Assembly: GCA_903836575.1 (NCBI GenBank)
Contig: CAILRJ010000104.1
Span: 12,050 to 76,049 of the forward strand
Origin: an uncultured Burkholderiales bacterium
GTDB lineage: Bacteria > Pseudomonadota > Gammaproteobacteria > Burkholderiales > Burkholderiaceae_D
Direction of reading: 5' to 3'
DNA: 64,000 bases
Shown here: in pieces, positions 57,981-64,000 of the stretch
Layout: each line of letters begins with the position of its first letter
Position numbering within the stretch: position 1 is the stretch's first letter
Position numbers and translations under genes: made by a program
The notes under the pieces: model-generated
Seen by the model: the letters and a program-made list of their open reading frames with translations, nothing else
Database searches by the model: none
What the model was told of the DNA's origin: nothing

Positions 57981-59673
57981 TTCCACTCACCCAGTTCTTG
58001 ACTATGTTGGCAACCACTTTAGGATCATCTTTGGCTAGCTGCTTTGCCAGGTCGAGGTTGTCCTGATAACTCAAGCCAGCAGGTTCAGCAGGGGCATGAG
58101 TGGCGCGCTCCGCATTTTGTGCGGCGAGCATTTCAGGCGTTTCCGGCTCTTCGCTCTCATCGTCGACTACTGCATTGATTTTCTTGGCTGGCGTATTGAA
58201 TTTCTTAAGCATGGGTCGCAGCACGCCGAAGAACAGATACAGTAATACAATCCCGCCCAACAGATATTTGCCCAGTTCCTTGGCCAACTGGATCATTTCA
58301 GGCTTTTTCCAGATCGGCACTTCAGGGAATATCTCTTTCGGTACGCCTGCAAATGCAGTGTTGACGACGTTAAGCGTATCACCACGATCCTTGTTGAACC
58401 CCATCGCTTCTCTGGCCAGGTCGGTTATTTGCATCCGTTCAGCTTCGGTTAGCGGGGTCGCAACGACCTTACCAGTCTTGTCGATGACTTGCTTGAAATT
58501 TACCACAACCGCCACTGAAATCCGTTTCACGCCGCCCATCGGTTGCTGTACATAGCGCACTGTTTTGTCAACTTCATAATTGACCGTCGACTCCTTTTGT
58601 GAGGGAGTGGCAGCCGCGGCAGTTGCACCCGTTGCTATTGTTGGAGTCGCACCTGGCGCAGCGGGTAACGCTGGCGCAGCCGGATTGATCGGGGCCGTAG
58701 CGTTAGCCGCCGGTTGGTTGGACAGCGCGCCCGGAACGCCACCTGCACCCGTGCTGCTACCTTGCGACTCGCTGCTTTGCTGGCTGCGCATGGTGGACTG
58801 GTTCGGTGGACTGTTCGGCTTGTAGGTTTCGGCCGCTTGCTCACTGGTAGAAAAGTCAATATCCGCAGTAGCTTCGGCGCGGACATTATTTGGTCCGACG
58901 ATAGGTGTAATGATTGACTCGATCCGGCGCACGATATTCTGCTGGATCTCTTGCACGTACTTAAGTTGGGTAGGATCAAGTCCGTTGGCTTTGGCGGCTT
59001 TACTGGTATCTGATAAAAGGTTGCCATTCTGGTCGATGACGCTAATGTTACCCGGTGGCAGTTCAGGTACGCTGCTGGCGACCAGATGGACGATAGCGCT
59101 GACTTGCTGCTCGCTGAGCGGGCGAGCGGTCTGCAGGTTCAGAACCACCGAGGCAGTAGGCTTTTGCTGGTCGCGGACGAACACCGACGCCTTTGGCATT
59201 GCCAGGTGTACCCGGGCTGACTCAACTACACCAATCGATTGAATCGAACGTGCCAGTTCTCCTTCTAGTGCCCGCTGAAAATTGACCTGTTCGAGAAATT
59301 GAGACACACCAAGCTTCTGGTTTTCCATCAACTCGAAACCGACGTTGCCTCCCTTGGGCAAGCCCATGGCAGCGATGCGCAAGCGTGTATCGTGGACCTG
59401 TTCGGCCGGTACCAGGATGGCTCCGCCGCCTTCGGCAAATTTATAGGGCACATTCATTTGCTGCAACTGAGTGACGATGGCGCCTCCATCGCGATCTGAA
59501 AAATTGGAAAACAAAACCCGATATTCGGGTTGCTGGCTCCACATCCAGACACCAGCCATGACCGCCAGCACGATGGCCGCTCCCAACATGAGCAACAAAT
59601 TGCGCCCGCCCTGGGACTCCCCAAAACTGATCAGTGGATTCGGTATGACGCTGCCATCGGCGGCTACAGCCAT
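57973..59673 (-). CDS. fliF: flagellar MS-ring protein FliF
   Basis: Two TM segments flanking a large periplasmic domain (PEYRVLFSNFSDRDGGAIV.QL). Trimmed to the ATG at 59673, preceded by a GGAGAG RBS. Confidence 0.95.
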   Translation of the reverse strand: MAVAADGSVIPNPLISFGESQGGRNLLLMLGAAIVLAVMAGVWMWSQQPEYRVLFSNFSDRDGGAIVTQLQQMNVPYKFAEGGGAILVPAEQVHDTRLRIAAMGLPKGGNVGFELMENQKLGVSQFLEQVNFQRALEGELARSIQSIGVVESARVHLAMPKASVFVRDQQKPTASVVLNLQTARPLSEQQVSAIVHLVASSVPELPPGNISVIDQNGNLLSDTSKAAKANGLDPTQLKYVQEIQQNIVRRIESIITPIVGPNNVRAEATADIDFSTSEQAAETYKPNSPPNQSTMRSQQSSESQGSSTGAGGVPGALSNQPAANATAPINPAAPALPAAPGATPTIATGATAAAATPSQKESTVNYEVDKTVRYVQQPMGGVKRISVAVVVNFKQVIDKTGKVVATPLTEAERMQITDLAREAMGFNKDRGDTLNVVNTAFAGVPKEIFPEVPIWKKPEMIQLAKELGKYLLGGIVLLYLFFGVLRPMLKKFNTPAKKINAVVDDESEEPETPEMLAAQNAERATHAPAEPAGLSYQDNLDLAKQLAKDDPKVVANIVKNWVSGNE

Positions 59674-59918
59674 GATGAAACTCTCCGGATATTGCGGTTG
59701 GTATGCACGTACTTCATTTTTTCCTAAATGCAATAATTACTTTAAGAACTATTGTCGTTCAGTTGCCCCGATTCAATCAGGGGAATAGAAGAGGATTTGT
59801 ACGAGTTATCGTCCTGCTGCGTGGGGATTCGGATGCTACCGTGTAATCGTGAAAAAACCGTCTAGTCACCCGATTTTCCAGGTGCTATCGATTTTGCGAT
59901 GACAGGAATGGAACATCC

Positions 59919-60263
59919 ATGAAAACTTCAATGATAGATTCGGGCCGGATCGAAGCGATGATCAGCCAGCTCAAGGCTGCGGCAACGCGTCCTCAGGTCG
60001 AGGTGCCGAATGTGGCAGCTGGTCCGGTAGCGGTAACAAAACCGGGATTTGCCGATGCACTTAAAGCATCATTGGACGGCGTCAATGCCTCCCAGAAAAC
60101 AGCTGCCGACTTAGGTTCAAAATTTGCGCTTGGTGATGACAAGGTCAGTTTATCCGACGTAATGATTTCATCGCAAAAAGCGAATATCGGTTTCCAAGCC
60201 ACGATTCAGGTGCGCAACAAGTTGGTTTCGGCTTATCAGGACATCATGAACATGCAAATTTGA
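59919..60263 (+). CDS. fliE: flagellar hook-basal body complex protein FliE
   Basis: 114 aa with the C-terminus VMISSQKANIGFQATIQVRNKLVSAYQDIMNMQI. It is divergent from fliF. Confidence 0.95.
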   Translation: MKTSMIDSGRIEAMISQLKAAATRPQVEVPNVAAGPVAVTKPGFADALKASLDGVNASQKTAADLGSKFALGDDKVSLSDVMISSQKANIGFQATIQVRNKLVSAYQDIMNMQI

Positions 60264-60699
60264 AATTATTTTTAAATGAATGATTGGTTCAAATAATTGC
60301 GCGGTTTTGCCGTGCATTTTTTTATTGTCAGTTGCCTTTGCGTTGTTTATTTCAACGAAACAACTAGTTTTCCAGCCCACATATTTCTCCTTTATAGATT
60401 AACCGCGTATTCAGTACATCATTAATTGTGTCCTTTAAACGACAATTTATCGATATACCGACGATGAAATTTATATAAATAATTGACGTTGTTAAATTGA
60501 TTAGACAACAATGCGTTCAGGTCCGAGGTGGCAACTTTTTTTTAAAGATTAGTCAGCCTTGATTGCAGGTACTGGACGTCGGACTTTTATTAATTTTTCA
60601 GGGGCCGAGCGACTGAGCCAACTTGATGTCGACTTTGTGGCCAGTGGCGACGGTTTGAATCTGTTTCGCTGTTTCGCTTCATTCTATAAAGGAATTTCA

Positions 60700-61770
60700 A
60701 TGAAACAATCAACAATCTTATTGTTGCTGTTGGGGACTGCAGCAGGTTCTGCGGTTGCGCAAACCAATGTCACAATTTACGGTATCGCCGATGTTGGTGT
60801 GGTTGCCGAACGGGGTGGTTCTGCGGGATCAGTCACAAAATTAACCAGCGGTATGGCGTCAGGATCACGACTCGGTTTTCGCGGCACTGAGGATCTCGGA
60901 GGTGGCCTTGCCGCTAATTTTTTGCTGGAAACAGGGATTGCGCTCGATACTGGTGGATTCAACCAGGCTAATACCGCTTTCGGTCGTCAAGCTTTCGTTG
61001 GTTTGTCCGGTGGTTTCGGTGGCGTGACATTTGGTCGACAGTACACCCCGCAATACGCTACGTTGCTATTAGCTGATCCGTTCAGTACCGGACTGGCTGG
61101 AGATGCTGCCAATCTGATGCCAAATACCGGTGATGCTGCGAGCCGGATGAATAATGCTATTAAGTATGTCTCGCCAAATTTGGAAGGATTTACTGGTGAA
61201 CTTGCTTATGGATTCGGCGAAGTGGCAGGGGATAACTCTTCTGCAAGACAGTATGGTGCTGCAATCGGTTATGCCAACGGCCCACTGGCCATCCGTCTGG
61301 GCTACCACAATCGTAACAACAACACGGCCGTGATCAAAAATACGTCCAGTGCAAAAGATACTTTGCTCGCATTGACTTATGACTTGAAAGTCGCGAAGTT
61401 GCACTTGGGATACGGGGTCGACAAGGGTACCAATAGTTCGCCGTTACGCAACACGACTAATCCATATGGGAGTTTGGTAGCACCGTCGGCCTCGACGGAT
61501 AGTCGTGATCTGTTGCTCGGGGTGACCGTGCCATTTGGTGTGCACACTGTGTTGGCTTCGTATATCCGTAAGGACGACAAAAACAGTGCCAATCAGGACG
61601 CCAATCAGTGGGCATTGGGTTACCGTTATGCGTTTTCCAAACGGACTGACTTGTATGCGTCCTATGCACGCATCAACAATGACAACGGTGCCGGATATAC
61701 CGTTGGTAGCGCAATCGAAGCCGGTTCTGGCGATAAGGCGTTCAGTGTTGGTATCCGTCATGCGTTCTAA
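60700..61770 (+). CDS. general outer-membrane porin (Gram-negative porin family)
   Basis: Trimmed to MKQSTILLLLLGTAAGSAVAQ-TNVTIYGIADVGV. It has a beta-strand periodicity and the C-terminal sequence FSVGIRHAF. Confidence 0.9.
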   Translation: MKQSTILLLLLGTAAGSAVAQTNVTIYGIADVGVVAERGGSAGSVTKLTSGMASGSRLGFRGTEDLGGGLAANFLLETGIALDTGGFNQANTAFGRQAFVGLSGGFGGVTFGRQYTPQYATLLLADPFSTGLAGDAANLMPNTGDAASRMNNAIKYVSPNLEGFTGELAYGFGEVAGDNSSARQYGAAIGYANGPLAIRLGYHNRNNNTAVIKNTSSAKDTLLALTYDLKVAKLHLGYGVDKGTNSSPLRNTTNPYGSLVAPSASTDSRDLLLGVTVPFGVHTVLASYIRKDDKNSANQDANQWALGYRYAFSKRTDLYASYARINNDNGAGYTVGSAIEAGSGDKAFSVGIRHAF

Positions 61771-61800
61771 TATTTTGAACTGCTAACAAGACACTTTTTG

Positions 61801-61829
61801 CAGCCATTCAATTCATCGTTGAATGGCTG
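61801..61829 (+). terminator. rho-independent terminator of the porin gene
   Basis: CAGCCATTCAA-TTCATCG-TTGAATGGCTG followed by TATTTGTGTGT. Confidence 0.7.
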
Positions 61830-62335
61830 TATTTGTGTGTGGCAGACATTTAGCCCTATGACACGGCCATGTGCACCTTAAAGTTGGTGGGTTTATTAAT
61901 TATTGTGTCGCTTAGCCGCTTTCTTTGTAACCCTAATACTTAGGGAGCCGCTAATTTACTCGACTGATTTTGTAGTTAAAATTCTTTTCCCGTTTAATTT
62001 TAAAGACACTGCAATGGCCCTGGAGCGAACTAGTTTTCGCGTGCCGAATTTTCCATGAAGAAGTACAGCACTCGCCGCGAGTAGTTTCTGGCGGTCTTGG
62101 AGCAAGCCGTACCCTGAGCCGAATACCGGGGAAGTTGAGTCACCGGGGCCGACACGGTAAAAGTGTCCAAGTACACCAATAAGCTCACGTCCAGGTAAGC
62201 CAACGGAGTTTTGCCTTGGCATCAGTTATTGCGCTGACATTTTTGAGTTAGGAGTTGAATATAACGGACCCCTGCAGCCAAGTAGGTGAATCGAGAATGG
62301 GGATGGGAGCGATGCCGACGTGGTTTTTTGTTCAG

Positions 62336-63805
62336 TCAGCCGAAATAACCATGCAGGAACCAGCCACTGTCCGCATTTCCGACGCGTTGACGGTAAATCC
62401 AAAGCAGGGTGTGGTTGTCGTTTTCGGCGATGAAGTAATCCCGCAGTGCCAGCGCATCGTCCCACCAGCCAGACTCAATTCGTTCCGGTCCAGCAAGTAT
62501 GGTGAGTGGACTTTGATAAAACGGCTTGTGCTGGCGTGTAATTAGAGCAAGAGGACGCGCTAACAGCCAAGTCGGGCGAACCATCATTGGTTGTGCAGAA
62601 GCATTGGTACTGCTGTTTCGTGGAGGTTGCGATGACAGCTGTATCGGCAGTAGTGCATAGCTTTTTTCTGGTCGGTGATCCGGCACCAGCGAGATTTGGC
62701 GGACGGCTTCGTTGCCAAGCCGGCTTTGCAGGCGCTCGATGAGCAAGCTTATGCTTTCGGCCTGTGAAGCGGCACTTGGAAATAGTTCGGTGTTAGGTGT
62801 CGCCAATGCCACAATCTGATCGGCTGCAAGCGATAGTTCGATCACCGGTGCCATTAGCACAACTTGTCCGAGGCGCTCCCGGAGCAGCAGTGTCAGATGT
62901 GCCGGGTCACGACTTGCGCAGGCCAGCTGGATGTGTACTGGCGTACTGCGACGATCGCGTTGGCGGGTAGTCTCATGATGCAACAACAAGGTGATGCTAT
63001 TAATAGCCGATTGGTGTGCACTAAGCCAGCCAGTGAGTTGCAGCAGCAACCGACGCGCGGCAAACAGCAATGCATCGGTGTTACTGACTTGTGCGGGCAG
63101 TTCCAGACGAACGTCAAAACTGGCCGGTGCCGTGAACCAAGCATGGACTTCCACTTCGTCGCCATAGGCCTGATCAATTTCCCGCAACACGGCACTGCCG
63201 AAGCGCCTTGCAATCCCGGCGCGCGGCATACGATGCAACTGGCCAAGCGTATGGCAGCCGATCCCAAGCAGCGTATCGAGATGGGGCTGCGCCGAGACTA
63301 GCGCTACCAGTGGCACTGTCGCGAGCATTTCGTCGAGCGTTTTGTCTTTCCATTCGCCGCTACTGCGTGCCAACAACCATGCTGCGCTGGCAGTTGGTGC
63401 ACATGCCATTTGCGCGTACAGGCCGAGGTCATTGATACCGCCGGCGAGTTGTGTCGATAAATTATCAAATCCACCAAACAATCGCAAACTGGCTGTAATG
63501 TCAATTAGCAAGCCGGCTTCCTGCAGAACAACTTGCGGTGTGAAATGTAATGCCCACAGTGCGGCTTCGTGTAACGCTTCGATTTCCTGAGCCGGTGCAC
63601 GCGGGAATGTCAGCAAAGCGGCGTTCATGCTCCAAGCATTGGCTTCCGACATGCCTGGAGTGATGCCGCATTGCATTGCGGATTGGTTACCTGAGGTGAC
63701 CCGTTTGCGCTCGACCACCACGACCGGTCTGGTCGAAACCTCAGGCCGGCAGCGCAGTACGGTATCGAGTGGCAGTTGCGGGAAGTGCAGGGCAATCCAC
63801 AGCAT
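62336..63805 (-). CDS. imuB: Y-family DNA polymerase-like protein ImuB (SOS mutagenesis cassette)
   Basis: N-terminus MLWIALHFPQLPLD and C-terminus SGWFLHGYFG are typical of ImuB. It follows imuA. Trimmed to the ATG at 63805. Confidence 0.85.
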   Translation of the reverse strand: MLWIALHFPQLPLDTVLRCRPEVSTRPVVVVERKRVTSGNQSAMQCGITPGMSEANAWSMNAALLTFPRAPAQEIEALHEAALWALHFTPQVVLQEAGLLIDITASLRLFGGFDNLSTQLAGGINDLGLYAQMACAPTASAAWLLARSSGEWKDKTLDEMLATVPLVALVSAQPHLDTLLGIGCHTLGQLHRMPRAGIARRFGSAVLREIDQAYGDEVEVHAWFTAPASFDVRLELPAQVSNTDALLFAARRLLLQLTGWLSAHQSAINSITLLLHHETTRQRDRRSTPVHIQLACASRDPAHLTLLLRERLGQVVLMAPVIELSLAADQIVALATPNTELFPSAASQAESISLLIERLQSRLGNEAVRQISLVPDHRPEKSYALLPIQLSSQPPRNSSTNASAQPMMVRPTWLLARPLALITRQHKPFYQSPLTILAGPERIESGWWDDALALRDYFIAENDNHTLLWIYRQRVGNADSGWFLHGYFG

Positions 63806-64000
63806 GGAGTGGGGGAACCGGTAAGTTGAATGGAAGGATATCGGCCGACACCAGGTTGGCAAAGGGCTGATCCAGTACAGACGGTACCGCCAGCGGCAGG
63901 ATCACTGGCTGGCTGTGCACCGGTCCGCGCCGTTTGATCACCTCGACGGACAACTGGCCCGATGCGGCTGCCCGGCACACCAAACGCAGCGGTGCTGGTG
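63741..64000 (-). CDS. imuA: translesion-synthesis-associated protein ImuA (partial; N-terminus beyond the window end)
   Basis: The frame is open to the window edge. The C-terminal segment ..PLRLVCRAAASGQLSVEVIKRRGP.. matches the usual ImuA C-terminus. It lies directly upstream of imuB and overlaps it. Confidence 0.6.
   Translation of the reverse strand, partial: PAPLRLVCRAAASGQLSVEVIKRRGPVHSQPVILPLAVPSVLDQPFANLVSADILPFNLPVPPLHAVDCPALPATATRYRTALPA

Noticed and set aside
61950-62240. Possible structured RNA (tmRNA, RNase P RNA or riboswitch) in the ORF-poor imuB-porin gap.
   Set aside because: I found none of the conserved cores on either strand: no tRNA-like acceptor/T-arm, no tag reading frame, no RNase P P4 or GGAAAGUCCGG-type segment, and no B12 box.
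62255-62545. 96-aa plus-strand ORF at the imuB 3' end.
   Set aside because: Most of it is antisense to imuB, and it has neither an RBS nor a recognisable motif.
1-64000. Search for CRISPR arrays, IS elements or transposases, integrases, prophage genes, tRNA/rRNA genes, and toxin-antitoxin or defence systems.
   Set aside because: I saw no direct-repeat/spacer arrays, terminal inverted repeats with a transposase ORF, integrase-like ORFs or cloverleaf-like sequences. The only repeats are the short tandem tracts reported above.

Overview
This 64-kb window is chromosomal DNA from a moderately GC-rich Gram-negative bacterium. Gene content and order look Burkholderiales/Oxalobacteraceae-like, which is an inference I could not check by search.

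Layout:
- 1-27 kb: housekeeping genes. A TAXI-type binding protein (partial), recJ, an aldo/keto reductase, yqhD-like alcohol dehydrogenase, ompR-envZ, a DUF1800/DUF1501 pair, arfB, an ABC-F ATPase, prmB, the dapE / arsC-family / pilU-like / dapD / dapC block, smc and psiF.
- 27-35 kb: a looser accessory-like stretch. An orphan amino-acid ABC permease, a YXWGXW-repeat protein, a marR-MFS pair, a PaaI thioesterase, a small HTH protein, a periplasmic ankyrin protein, and a PQQ alcohol dehydrogenase with a di-haem cytochrome c.
- 35-60 kb: two convergent flagellar clusters, flgNMA / flgBCDEFGHIJKL and fliE / fliFGHIJKLMNOPQR plus one unknown tail gene. An odd, AT-rich, repeat-bearing spacer of about 1 kb separates them.
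- 60-64 kb: a general porin and an imuA-imuB SOS-mutagenesis pair with no dnaE2 next to it.

I found no rRNA, tRNA, CRISPR array, IS element or prophage.

The observations most worth a second look:
1. The flg/fli spacer, with overlapping low-quality ORFs, a 9-bp tandem repeat and a GTTCA repeat.
2. The secreted 133-aa tail gene of the fliR operon.
3. A (GTG)5/(CAC)5 tract that encodes a Val6 mini-ORF on one strand and a His5 mini-ORF on the other. It lies next to a perfect 12-bp hairpin, upstream of the orphan permease.
4. A lanthanide-type Asp signature in the PQQ dehydrogenase.
5. Two orphan small ORFs in an AT-rich islet at 14.3-15.0 kb.
6. The missing or decayed dnaE2 downstream of imuB.

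I did not see a clear-cut new multi-gene system. These claims are graded accordingly.

The ORF track uses alternative start codons and always takes the longest ORF. I therefore trimmed several N-termini by hand to the start I consider most plausible.
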